NCBI GenBank assembly: GCA_030141605.1 | Contig: JAQGDQ010000297.1 | Span: forward strand, 62,001-126,000 | DNA: 64,000 bases | Origin: Tubiluchus corallicola | Taxonomy: Eukaryota > Animalia > Priapulida | Direction: 5' to 3' | Shown here: positions 53,401 through 64,000 of the stretch, in pieces | Numbering within the stretch: position 1 is the stretch's first letter | Layout: every line of letters starts with the position of its first letter | Notes under the pieces: generated by a model | The model's database searches: none | What the model saw: the letters and a program-made list of their open reading frames with translations, nothing else | What the model was told of the DNA's origin: nothing | Position numbers and translations under genes: made by a program

Positions 53401-55441
53401 ACATACGATCAATGAACATATGACTTTTTGAAATTAAATTTAATTCAAAAAAAAGAAATGAGAAAATGTCGGGACTAACTGTCTATTTGATATAGAGACC
53501 TTAGAAAACCAGCAGTTTAGTGGCAACAGGGCAACCATCAATATCACATGATACAATTACAGCTGCTGTTTGTAAAGTTCTACTGGAGTTTAAATTAGTG
53601 GTAGGACAATAGCACTTTCATAATCGATTAATTGGATATCAAATTGATTTTCAAGCCTTGTTTGTTTGTGTATACACCTTTGTTTGTCTTTGCACCATTT
53701 CTGACAGGTGACCACATATAAATTTATTGTATCCTTTGCTGTGAAGTTGCCAGAATGGGATATGTTACATGTACATGCGTGTGCTTGAGAAACCATTGTG
53801 TTTAAGCAGCATCGCCAGGTGATAAGCTACTGCGCAAAGGTAATGTCATACTGCTTGAAATCATCTCAATGATGGCTAGGATCATCATGTGATTATTGTG
53901 TTTTTTCCAAAAAGTGCAAATAGATTGGTGACACAATCAATTTACATCAAACTGGCAACTGAGAAAATAATCGATGATCGGGAACAAAAGCCTAAATAGA
54001 TTAATCAGCCCAATCAATCCAATATAGATCAATCCAATAATAGCTTTTTCAAACATTTACAGAGAAATGTTGCAGAAATGTTAAAGGAACGGCGATTAAG
54101 TCTTGAAATTACCTTTGACTGTTCTATCAAAATTTGTATTGCTAAATCGTAAATAAGTTGATGAAGGTGCTTGTTGTATAGTGCAAGTGTGTAGTCAAAG
54201 TCAAAACCATACACATCGATGTCATCCAGGCTTAACTCATTGTTAACAAAGATTCCCTTTGGATCAACATCAGGTGGAAGATCTTCCTCTACAAGTAATC
54301 AAAATATTGTAGTTGGCTAGTTGCATAGTTGGGTGGTCCAGAATAATATAGCTGATGAGGGCACTGCCTGCATTATCAAGTAACCTACTTTTTTATCATT
54401 TTTTAAGGTCTTATGACATTCTCAAAATATTGTTAAAAAATCTCAATGCATTAAGAACAGTCAATGCAATAGTATTGAGGATATCCACAAAGTTCCGTGT
54501 TTCCTGAGACTGCCTGATTTTCAGATTATAATCCCAGTGTTTTGCTCTTTTTTAATCATTCTTTTTTATGTTCTAGTTCACTCTGAAATTTTTCACAAAT
54601 AAAGTAGTGCAAACTTAACTTTGCATATGTTTTGCATCTTTATTGACATTGATAGTCCATAGTTTGCATCATTCACTATTCAGTTGCCCTCTATATTGTA
54701 CTCCAGCTAATCAGCTTTAACAATATTATATTCAGTTATTTTCATGTACCACATTTACTACAATACTTTATACTTTTTGGAAACATACCGAAAAAAGTTT
54801 TACAAAATTATACTTTAATCTACCTAATTAAACCTCGTGGAAAAGAATGACGCCCCATGATAATTACTCTGACCCCGAAAACGTGCTTCGTGAAAGCACA
54901 TGCGCAACACTCTATAAATTCCCCTATATCACACATCTGTTTATTGTGTTAAAAGAAATGCTAAACAAAAATATCTGGGAAAATTTCACATTTTAAGCAC
55001 TCTAAGCTACCACTACAGTAATCAAATAACAAACTTAATGAGTTTTTTTCATATTGCCTCCATAAACTTAAAACTGTTTACTTGCGGTATAAGCTTACGA
55101 GCTACTGCAGTTTTAGTTTTTCGTAATGGCACACTAAGTTTAAAACTGTTTACTTGAGGTACAAACTTACGGGCTACGGCAGTGTTAGTTTTTCGTAATG
55201 CCTCACTAAACTTAAAACTGTTTACTTGAGGCACAAACTTACGGGCGACTGCAGCTTTAGTTTTTTCATATTGCCTCCACAAGCTTAAACTATTTATTTG
55301 AGGGGTACAATTTGTTTTGCAAAACCCCATCTGACAGCTGCGTGATATCCTTCTGGATTTTTCATGGTGATGCTTTTTCGCTTCAAGAAATAATTTGTGA
55401 CTTCGACGAAATTTGTTAAATCTTGACAAACAAACCACCAT
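44153..55441 (-). CDS. NT5DC3: 5'-nucleotidase domain-containing protein (NT5DC2/NT5DC3 family, HAD superfamily), 13 coding exons, about 550 aa
   Basis: Manually spliced exons 55243-55441, 54113-54288, 53053-53127, 52294-52452, 51344-51472, 50452-50512, 49662-49764, 49270-49371, 48447-48531, 47808-47894, 46153-46293, 45204-45268 and 44153-44423 total 1653 nt in one open frame with GT-AG introns. HAD motifs [22 protein letters not shown] and [10 protein letters not shown] are present, plus family motifs [21 protein letters not shown] and FGSIFRT...[11 protein letters not shown]5DC2 versus NT5DC3 orthology cannot be resolved by eye. Confidence 0.93.
45204..45268 (-). CDS. NT5DC3: NT5DC exon 12
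   Basis: [21 protein letters not shown](R), phase 0 to 2, AG/GTGAG. Confidence 0.88.
45845..46076. repeat. 77-bp tandem repeat, 3 copies, intronic
   Basis: tgaattcaagaatacttttaaaatc... at 45845, 45922 and 45999. Confidence 0.93.
46153..46293 (-). CDS. NT5DC3: NT5DC exon 11
   Basis: [51 protein letters not shown]. Confidence 0.95.
46988..47093. repeat. 25-bp tandem repeat, about 4 copies
   Basis: Unit tagatacttacagttatatgttggc. Confidence 0.92.
47096..47551. mobile_element. Tigger/pogo-like (Tc1/mariner) MITE in an NT5DC intron
   Basis: TA-cagtaagtcctcacttagc ... gttaagcgaggacttactg-TA. Confidence 0.88.
47808..47894 (-). CDS. NT5DC3: NT5DC exon 10 (HAD motif IV)
   Basis: [36 protein letters not shown]. 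Confidence 0.95.
48447..48531 (-). CDS. NT5DC3: NT5DC exon 9
   Basis: [28 protein letters not shown], phase 2 to 0. Confidence 0.92.
49270..49371 (-). CDS. NT5DC3: NT5DC exon 8 (HAD motif III)
   Basis: [33 protein letters not shown], phase 2 to 2. Confidence 0.93.
49662..49764 (-). CDS. NT5DC3: NT5DC exon 7 (HAD motif II)
   Basis: [34 protein letters not shown], phase 1 to 2, AG/GTGAGT. Confidence 0.93.
50452..50512 (-). CDS. NT5DC3: NT5DC exon 6
   Basis: [20 protein letters not shown], phase 0 to 1, AG/GTAAG. Confidence 0.88.
51344..51472 (-). CDS. NT5DC3: NT5DC exon 5
   Basis: [43 protein letters not shown], flanked by AG/GTAAG. Confidence 0.92.
52294..52452 (-). CDS. NT5DC3: NT5DC exon 4
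   Basis: [24 protein letters not shown]...YTRME, flanked by AG/GT. Confidence 0.9.
53053..53127 (-). CDS. NT5DC3: NT5DC exon 3
   Basis: [25 protein letters not shown], flanked by AG/GT. Confidence 0.93.
54113..54288 (-). CDS. NT5DC3: NT5DC exon 2 (HAD motif I)
   Basis: ttgtag| ... [37 protein letters not shown]...EQSK |gtaatt. Confidence 0.95.
55031..55303 (-). repeat. 72-bp tandem repeat spanning the NT5DC exon 1 donor (3 full copies plus 1 degenerate)
   Basis: aa[a/g]cttacg at 55091, 55163 and 55235 (period 72); peptide repeat [24 protein letters not shown]. Confidence 0.92.
55243..55441 (-). CDS. NT5DC3: NT5DC exon 1 (basic N-terminus, possible mitochondrial presequence)
   Basis: ATG at 55441, [15 protein letters not shown]...[13 protein letters not shown], then phase-1 donor C|GTAAGT matching the phase of exon 2. 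Confidence 0.8.
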
Positions 55442-55829
55442 ATTTGTTATCACCAGGCAGAACTAATCAACCACTGAATTACTATAAGTATTTAATGATA
55501 ACAATTACTATATTACAGAAAAGTCCGTCTTGTAAGACAGAAACTTGTAGTATCTTGTAAGAAAATATATATGTTAAAAGTTTTGGTAGGTAGTTATTTA
55601 ATTACTTTGCTAGAATGACAAAAATGTGACGGCCTTTTCCCTACTTATGACTGGAAAAGCCATATGGAGGCGGTGGAATGTGTTAAACTTAGATTTGTGG
55701 AACAGTAACTTGTTTAGTTTGTGTTGTATGTAATTACTTTATTATTGCAGAAGGTATAAACGATTTGCATTTGTTTACTGAAGTTGTTTGCCCAGGTAAA
55801 ACACTGTTTGTACTTCTTCAAAATCTCAT

Positions 55830-56215
55830 TCCACCTGTTGTAGGCATTGAGGTATCAACATTTATCAGAATATTCCACCCACATCTATCTGCATCTAATA
55901 GCGTAAGTTCTACTTCTAAAGATAGATTTGGTTGAAGTTGTTAAACATTTTTATTTATCTTAGCTATCCAAGTTGTTTTAGGTTTACCAGGTGATTTTTT
56001 TGCAAGGTCTTAAGGCGATTCTTACTATACTGGCGCTTCATTTGGTAATCGTAGAAGATGTCCTAGCCATCTTTATCTTCGTATCTTGACTTTTGAGCTC
56101 CAATTAATTTTTGTTCTAGTGTATAAATCTTCATTTTTGATTATGTATGGCCATCTTATCTTTAAAGTTTTCTTAGAAATTTTCTATGAAATGTGTCGAT
56201 CTGCTTTTTTTGAGT
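55830..56215 (-). mobile_element. RTE-clade LINE 3' fragment
   Basis: Relic KIRWPYIIKNEDLYTRTKINWSSKVKIRR*RWLGHLLRLPNEAPV...PGKPKTTW. Confidence 0.8.
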
Positions 56216-56664
56216 AATAGTAATAATAATTTGAGTGGTAAAATCAAAGGAACGGTACCTTATTCACAGAAATTGAGACTTGGGCCCGGATTCATGTACT
56301 GTACAGTTTCGTTGTCTTAAGTGGGGTTTAGGCATGTGGAAATATTTGTATCCAGTTCATGTAGACTTGTTATCTCCTTAATCACACCTTAGTGGCGACT
56401 AGCTTCTGCTCGACCAGGAAGGTTGAGCGGAATTCAGGTACATGTCTTAAATCGCATTTAGTTGTGCCTAACTTGTACGTACTTAGCGAATTAGGACGGG
56501 ATTCATTAAACAAAATTTTGTCTCAGCCGCATGCCTAACTTTACGACACCTCCGGAACTGTCGTAATTGGTTGAATGGTGGTGTTTTTATTGCGTCTCAA
56601 AATCGTATTTGTCTATGTTTTGGAAATACTGTAATTAGGGAAGCTACTAAAACTTAATATCCAT

Positions 56665-56790
56665 CTTATCTTCTTTTTCCTTTTCTTTTCTCTTCTCGTC
56701 TCTCCTCTCCTCTCCTCTCTCCTCTCTTCTCTCGTCTCCTCTCGTTTCGTCTTCTCTCCTCTCTTCTTTCCTTTCTTCTCTTCTCTTCAA
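56665..56790. repeat. Pyrimidine-rich pentanucleotide repeat (CTCTC/CTTTT)n
   Basis: Direct reading. Confidence 0.9.
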
Positions 56791-56829
56791 AGCAATTGAT
56801 CAATGGTGCATCGACATGGTTGCAATTGA

Positions 56830-57545
56830 CAATTTGTTTCATGTGTTGACAACACCGGAGCAAACAAATAAGGGTGGATAATGATTCGGGAATAAGGAAC
56901 AAACAGTTTCGGAGAGACCTAGAAGGTTGAGTGCAGCACTGTTAGGACACTGATGATTTTAGAACCGTTTATGAAACCTGCAAGTCCTCGTCGTCATACC
57001 AGAAGTATATATTTGACTGATCAATGTCTTTTGCAAGATGATTGCATCAGTGTTGTATTTTTTCAAGTTGGCACTTGAGCATTGCATACTGTGGTGACCA
57101 CACAATACATGTATATTCAAGAATAGGATGAACAAATGCTTTATAAATTGGGATGGTCACAATGCCTTTGGATGCCTTTTGCTAGTTGATACATCAGTAA
57201 ATCATACCAACACATTGATTATCTTGTAAGACTATATTGCTGACATGAGCATTCCACTTTAAATCATTGGCAACTGTAACACCCAAATTTTTAAGAAAAA
57301 TGTTTCTTCATTGGCACCATCCTTAACATAGCATGGGGTTTGGGACCAATGTCAAAGATGAGGAAGATGACTGGTTCCATTATAAGTTCATTACACAGTC
57401 TTTCTATTTTACTGAGACTCGGTTGCAACATATATCTATCATAATAGTCATACCAAATTAGACGATATGGCTTTTAAGTCATCAACATATAAAGTCAGTG
57501 AAGTCCCAGTACTTACCTGCTTAGTGATGTGATCAATGAGAAGAT
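56830..57545 (-). mobile_element. Decayed CR1-clade LINE RT C-terminal fragment
   Basis: Relics LYVDDLKA, KNLGVTVANDLKWNAHVSNIV and YKAFVHPILEYTCIVWSPQY...QLEKIQ. Confidence 0.8.
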
Positions 57546-59640
57546 TAGCTGTTTATAAAAATTTCAATTTGTCGTGTTGGTATTATTACGGAGTTAAGTG
57601 TGGCTGCGCATCCTACTTCAACCTGCATTCCCAGGCAACTAACAGGCTAGATAAGCAGGTCTATTATGGGCAAAGATAGGAGTTGTCCTGTTTCACCATG
57701 CGATTCGATTTTGTGTGATGTTTATGTTGAAGTAACAGTTAGTGGAAAATTGGTAGAAATATTTTAAAATATGGAGAAAGGGAGGTTACCACTAAAACTG
57801 GGAATCTCCCAATCAAATTGAGAGAGTTGGAATGTGTTGCTTCGAATTTAAGCAGAATAGGTAGAGCTGTGGTTTTCATGGAATTTAGCTTGAAAGTTTA
57901 ATTACTACCTTAATTACTGTGTATGTATGAACGTAGGAAGTTGTGACCAGCAGCTTACTTTTAAATCACAGGTTTGATTTGCAGAAGCACCAACACGGCA
58001 CATGGTAATTGCTCGTGAACAGCCTAACCGAATACTATGCAGATCTCATAGTTTCTTTATAGCTACATTTTAATAAGTAAACTAATTACTTCCTTACTTG
58101 ATATATTCCAAAATTATTTTTGGCCATTTGTGAGATGTAGTTTGCTGTAATTTGGATAAAAAATCGAGAAAAATTCTGATACATTAGCATTTTATTTGTG
58201 TTTTACTGCATATGTGCTTGCATTGTTAAATGTGCTTGAGCTGCAAGTGATTTCACACCAAAACTAATACAGTTTATTTTTGCCTGTACAAAGCAGTTTG
58301 ACAGTTTCTGAATATGATATGGTTATCAGCATCAGCTGCATTATGACACCCAGTGATATTTTGTCTTCAGTACAACTAGAAAAGCTTTAAAATGGATAAA
58401 AGCTTTGAAATGCAATTTTTGTTATCTAGTCCGAATAGGTTGGTCTGGCTAATCGAGATGTTACTGTGTGTATGTAAGCCAGACAGTTTATCTTAACACT
58501 AATGGTAACCTTACTAATTAATAATTTAATCTTTTAGAAAACTCATTGTAAATATCTGTTAATTTTACTGCAGTGAATGGTTAGGTATACAGATACCTAA
58601 AATAAATTATTGTAAAACTGTATGTAAGTAAAAAAGTGTGCAAATTTATTGGTGTTGTCACCTGTTAGAAATAAAAATGTTCAAGAATGCAGGTGCCACA
58701 TGCATTTGGCATGCCAGCTAGTCACGAATTACATGCTTATCATGCACAATTCATGCGTTGGACATAATGCAAAACACTGAGGTGAAAGTCTCACCAGCCT
58801 GTAAACTGGTATGTTGTCTAGACAAGATCCTTTTTAAGAAATCGGCAGTAGCTGACAAAGTTGTGGGGTGTCAGTCCAGATAATTAAAGAAGGCGAGACA
58901 TTAATCTGAACATATTTTACCATACAAATATATTTCTACAGGAATCACATTAGCTGCTAAGCAGCGCATTTGCCTTTTAAGATCGCAGAATTCCAGTGGT
59001 GTGCAGTTCTAGTAGACTCTTCTGGTACCATCATTGCAATTCTGATAAAAAATTACATGCATTCTCTTTTTTCTATGACCTGGAAATACCCTGGTCCTTG
59101 GTAAAATATTCCCAAGGTGTACGCAACTATGAACTAGAATCACTTTATTATACTGGCAGTTGTGGACTGAGACAAGTTGACTTGTCTCAACTTGATAAAT
59201 GCAGGTGACCCTGACCACCATGACCGGTGACTGTCTAATCATTCGGAGAAATATCAACATTGTTTAATTGGAGCGAATGTTGAGAGTTAAACAAGCCAGT
59301 GCATGCGACCCTTGAGTTTTCATTGCCAAGTAACTACAGAATAAACAGAGAAAAAGCCCTTATTAACATGCAGCTATGGTGGAATCAACCAGCGCTCTCC
59401 GGGACTGAAATACTTTACTGGTGTTTAATAAAGTTATATTCCCTATTAGTTGTTCTGGGAGCTTTCTATGCCAGTTTGATCTTGTTTACGGTATCAAATA
59501 TCTGAACAAGGTTTTAAGTGTAAACACGAAAAATTAACCAACTAGTAATGACACGATAAAAGTTTGCTGTTAAGGAAATGGATACAAAATAAAGTTCATA
59601 TACATAGTAATTAGCCTTTTTGTTGTTTCCTTAGGTTACA

Positions 59641-59834
59641 ATGAGTCGTAGCGATTCATGCAGGGATTCCGTGGACGAATCATCTAGGGATTCCACGGGC
59701 GAATCACCTAGAGATTCAATGGGCTCTCTGTCACTCATGGAAGCCATGGCAGAAAATGAGCGTTTCTTGGCAAATATGGGAAGGAATATTTTACGACATT
59801 CAATTGGTAGTTACAAGAGGGCCACAAATCGCAG
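59641..59834 (+). CDS. Probable first coding exon of an unidentified gene, divergent from NT5DC
   Basis: Polypyrimidine acceptor tttccttag| (exon starts 59635), ATG at 59641, higher-GC open frame MSRSDSCRDSVDESS...KRATNR, donor CAG|GTATGT after 59834 (phase 2). Confidence 0.6.
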
Positions 59835-60402
59835 GTATGTTATAAAGCAGCCACGTATATTTTGTTCAGTTTGGAAATTCATTATATGGCCATCAAAACT
59901 TACTCACATTCAATGTTAATTTGTGCTAGTAACACCTGTTAATTTTCGCCTGTTGATTAGTATAATATGCACAGTTAATTTTGCACTGATATTTGTTTAT
60001 GTGCTTGGACCCTTTCAGATTTCTGTTGCTTACTGTTTCTGTGTTCTTGACCACCTTGTCCACTAAAAAGCTTAGTCCACTGCAAGCTGCACTGTTTGTA
60101 ATTTCACTATTGTAAATATTTAAATTACCCAGTTTTCCAGAGGTAGCTTTCTCATTTTGTTATCACACAATTTATGGATTGTCTTCTGAAATAAAAAGCA
60201 ATCTAAATGCAATGAAAGGTCTGATATGATCTTCAAATTTTCAAACAATTAAACTTTCGTTCTGTCATATACTGTAAATGTGGCACAAGTATTACATTAC
60301 ACAACAAAGGTGTTTTAGTTTGAATTTACCATGTCGATGGTGGCGTATATTGTCCTCTGGCTTTGATAACATACGTATATGTATTATAAAAAATATGAAG
60401 TC

Positions 60403-60433
<31 letters not shown>

Positions 60434-60465
60434 GCGTGCGTGTGTGCGTGCGTGTGCGTGCATGC

Positions 60466-60497
<32 letters not shown>

Positions 60498-60505
60498 ATG
60501 CGTGT
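60403..60505. repeat. (GT)n/(GCGT)n compound microsatellite
   Basis: Direct reading. Confidence 0.95.
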
Positions 60506-61097
60506 GAATCATATTATACGTATGTATGTCTGTGTATCTGTCTCTTTATGCATGCTATTGCTATTGCATCTACAGAGCTGAAACTTGGCACAGTGACTGA
60601 GTTTTTGTGTAAAGTATTTAATACGATATAATCAAGAATATCATCATCATCATCATACGCCCGTCACCGTCTATTGTAGACATTGGGCAGGCAGAATTCT
60701 AAAATAAAAGAAATCTGCCTTCAAACAGGTAAACGCAGCAGTAATCTAGCAAAAAAACTAGACACTGCTACGCTAAGAATACAGATAGCCTGGCGTCAGA
60801 CCACTTGAGCTCCTTCTTCGAAGGGTCAAAAATTTGTATTTGTGAGCGGGTGACTGCTAGTGTAGGTAATGCTTCCTGGTATAAGTTTTATCCTTTTGTA
60901 TGGGCTTTATTTAATTGAATTATAAATTCACAAAAGTGTGTTTAGTCAAGATCTATCAGTCTGTTGAATTGAACTGAAATTTTTATCTCTTCGTCTGTTT
61001 TTTATATACTGAATGGTGATTAGCCAAAATTAATATATGAAACTGCTTTTGTATTAAACCCCAGTTAACCTAACAGCTAATTAATAGAAGGGAAAAA

Positions 61098-61195
61098 TTG
61101 TGAGCCAATCGGGATTTGAACCCAGAACCTTCCCAGAATTAGGTCTGAATTCTCATACTAATGACATGCAATCAATCAGAGCCACCTGCCTACAT
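61098..61195 (-). mobile_element. tRNA-derived SINE head relic
   Basis: Minus-strand B-box ggttcaaatcc and degenerate A-box ggtggctctgattg; no cloverleaf. Confidence 0.4.
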
Positions 61196-61432
61196 TCTAA
61201 TGTAGGGTGAAACTGACTATATTCAGTGTAACCAAATTACCTGACCTTAATTCAACAATAGAGTTTTAGATTGACAGCATGCAAGTCGAGATTTGAATGA
61301 AATAAATAAAAAACTAAGGCAGGGATCGTTTAAAAAAGACATCTTGAAATGTGATAGGGCAAAATTAATAAACGTCTAAAAATCTAGCCAGCTATTTTAT
61401 TACTATTAATTAGTTAATTTCACTTTCAATCT

Positions 61433-61570
61433 ACTGTAGATAGCTTGATTGCTTATAGTTGAATGTGATTTCAGATGTACCCTGCTGGGCAAGATACCTT
61501 AATCAACCCATTCAGTAGAACATGCAAATTATTATTGCAAGATCCTGGTTCGAATCCTGGTTGCAATATC
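61433..61570 (+). mobile_element. tRNA-derived SINE relic
   Basis: B-box ggttcgaatcc at about 61548-61558 and an upstream ccctgctgggcaagataccttaa block. Confidence 0.4.
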
Positions 61571-62556
61571 TTCTGTTCTGTGACATTTATTTCTGTTTTG
61601 TCTTAGTCTATAATACTTTACTCTGTTCTAATCCAAATCTTTAGGCATCTTAAATCTAACATTGGCGCTTTTACAAAAAAAACTACTTTCTATGCGCATC
61701 CGTTCTGAAATTTGTTCCCGCTTGCACTTGCCACCAAAGTAACTCAGCTCTCGTATGTGTTTGCGTACCCCGATGATTGCCAATTCATTAATTAAGCTTA
61801 TTAGCTTCCCTTTTAAAATTCTTGTGTGGTGTAGACTTTGCTGATGGTAATTAGTAATATCGTATAGCGCTGCATTCGTTGAATTATAGCATCAATTCAA
61901 TGGGGCTAACGAATGTGTATATAACCTAGCACTAGGCACGCAATGCTATTACTAGAACTTTAGTGGCTAGTGTGCACAGCGTTTAGATTAAAAGAAAAAA
62001 AGAGGTCAATTCTATGTACTGACGTGACGATTTTTAAGTTCAGTTGTTGTGTCAGTAAATCTGTGCATATGAATGTCAAGGCCCTTGCGCAGCGCAGCGT
62101 GGTGTACATATTTATTGCTCATATATTCTTGCTTGGTATAGCAGCGTGAGTGTGTTCAGTGTGTAAAGCCTGCATTGCATTCGCCATTCGTTCCTTGCTG
62201 ACTAGTGGAAGTTTAGTTACAGCCTTACTGGTGTATGTAATTGATTGTGCACAATACGTGGAGTGGATTTAATCCGTTGTTCTCGGTTGCCTGTGTTGCA
62301 CAGATAATGATATCACAGCAGCTTTACCGTTCTGATTAAGCAAAACTTATTATTTGCGTGACGCCTTTATAACTAGTGTTCTCAGTAGTGCAATTTTAAA
62401 GCTTTACAGTATCGTTGCTAAGATACGATATTGTATACGCACCTGACTTGCTATGTTGGGGCCTGGGCGAGGGGAAAATTTTGCTAGTGATAATATTTTC
62501 TTGTTTATCTTGGCGTTTAACATGATTTTTCATGTTTTTTAGTAACATTAGTTATC

Positions 62557-62953
62557 CAATAAATTTACTTGAAGTTATACTTTGTTATGTGTAGAAAGTA
62601 GCAAACTGTATTATGTTAAAATGCTTGTAGGTACTTGTACCCATTGTGACATTATTAACGCTTATTTTCCTTAATAATGTGATATTTGAGTAGCATGCTA
62701 CATACATTTTGCAGACGTTAACCCTCATCACTGTTGTTTAGAAGGTGAAAGAACAATAAATTTATTTGAAGTTATACTTTGTTATGTGTAGAAAGTAGCA
62801 AACTGTATTATGTTAAAATGCTTGTAGGTACTTGTACCCATTGTGACATTATTAACGGTTATTTTCCTTAATAATGTGATATTTGAGTAGCGTGCTACAT
62901 ACATTTTGCAAACGTTAACCCACATCACTGCTGTTTAGAAGGTGAAAGAACAA
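62557..62953. repeat. 197-bp tandem duplication
   Basis: caataaattta.ttgaagttatac...gaaggtgaaagaacaa starts at 62557 and 62754 with few substitutions. Confidence 0.93.
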
Positions 62954-64000
62954 AAAGGAAAGAAATAGTAATCATTGAGGTGAAGTTTACTTGTTATAAG
63001 ACCACAAATTGTGCACGGAAGTGTCATCAAATACTTGCTTGCAAATTTACAATATCATTTGCGAAACTAAGTAAGGTTGGAAAGCTCTTATCTATCTTTG
63101 ATTAGATTTATGTACAAGACAGTATGAACCATGCCAGTATTTGGAGGATTCAATGGCAGAAGAGACTTGAGCAGTGAGAAGTGTAAGGCAGTGACACAAT
63201 GTGGACATCTACAAACGTTTCCCACACCACCACGGGGGCATGTGCTTTATCAGAATTTGATTGGGATTTGTTTATCTAATTGTTGAATATTGAAGTATTT
63301 TGAATTACTCATTAGCAAACCAGTACACCTTGAGTTATTTTGATGAAAAGAAACGTGCTTTAGCTACTTTTGGAAAGCTTGTACTTCTAAATTGCCAATC
63401 ACTGGTAAAAATGGTAGACTATGGTGAAGCTGTCAAAACCTCAGTATCGTTTTGAACCTGAAGATCCAGAGGCCGGTGACAGACTTGGTTTTTGGAATGT
63501 ATGATGAAACACTGACAGAATTTCTCAGCACTAGCCCTCACCACAGTGAAATAATGGTGCTAGTGTTATCGCAGAGTGGTATAACAGAAATTCATTGAAA
63601 AAATTGCTTCATTATGTCTATACTATAAAGAAATGCCCCAAAGAACCCTGGCAATGTTTCTATTTTTTCTTGTAGTTGCCGATGCATGTTTTTGAACCAA
63701 CAAATGTCATCAACTCGTCAAGTAGTTAAAGAACTAATAGTCAGGCACTCAACGACCACCCTGAAATGGCAGGATTTGTTTTATTGTACTTTATTTTATC
63801 AATTTTCAGCATAGTCGTAAAATACAGATAATACGAAAATACAACTAAAGATGCCGTAAAAGTACAAGTGGAATTCATGCCAGTGTAGGTGCTAGGAACG
63901 AAAACCCCTAACAGCATACCTGCTGGTCTATTGAAAAATCTAATTAATAGCATATAAATTGCATATGTGTACTTTAGCGGCGGGTAAGTTGATACAAACG

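Noticed and set aside
61098-61570. tRNA genes (B-box motifs; similar motifs near 43255 and 37300)
   Set aside because: No complete cloverleaf can be folded; treated as SINE relics
63675-63815. Next coding exon of the plus-strand gene (acceptor ttttcttgtag)
   Set aside because: The frame is compatible but ends in a stop after about 45 codons, with no recognisable motif or clear donor; insufficient support

Overview
AT-rich, intron-rich eukaryotic DNA, most likely from an invertebrate animal. There are no prokaryotic operons or CRISPR arrays, and most ORFs in the supplied track are spurious. Three genes can be supported. (1) A complete 13-exon NT5DC2/NT5DC3-type HAD 5'-nucleotidase gene on the minus strand (55441 to 44153, about 550 aa, all GT-AG introns, phases consistent). 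(2) The 5' part of a secreted or cell-surface Ig-superfamily gene (lachesin/DIP/Dpr/IgLON-like) on the minus strand, with a signal-peptide exon at 29256-29352 and an Ig exon at 5211-5326 separated by a ~24-kb intron. (3) A first coding exon of an unidentified plus-strand gene at 59641-59834. The rest is a mosaic of LINE fragments (RTEX-, RTE- and CR1/L2-like), SINEs, MITEs (hAT, Tigger/pogo, Kolobok, piggyBac, Harbinger-like), minisatellites and microsatellites. The most notable observations are: tandem repeats built from an exon 3' end plus its splice donor in two unrelated genes (in frame, 72 bp, in NT5DC); a ~490-bp foldback carrying Penelope-type minimal hammerhead motifs with a U3-A8 core variant; and a young 58-bp array fused to the 5'-truncated end of a LINE. 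All calls were made by eye without database searches.
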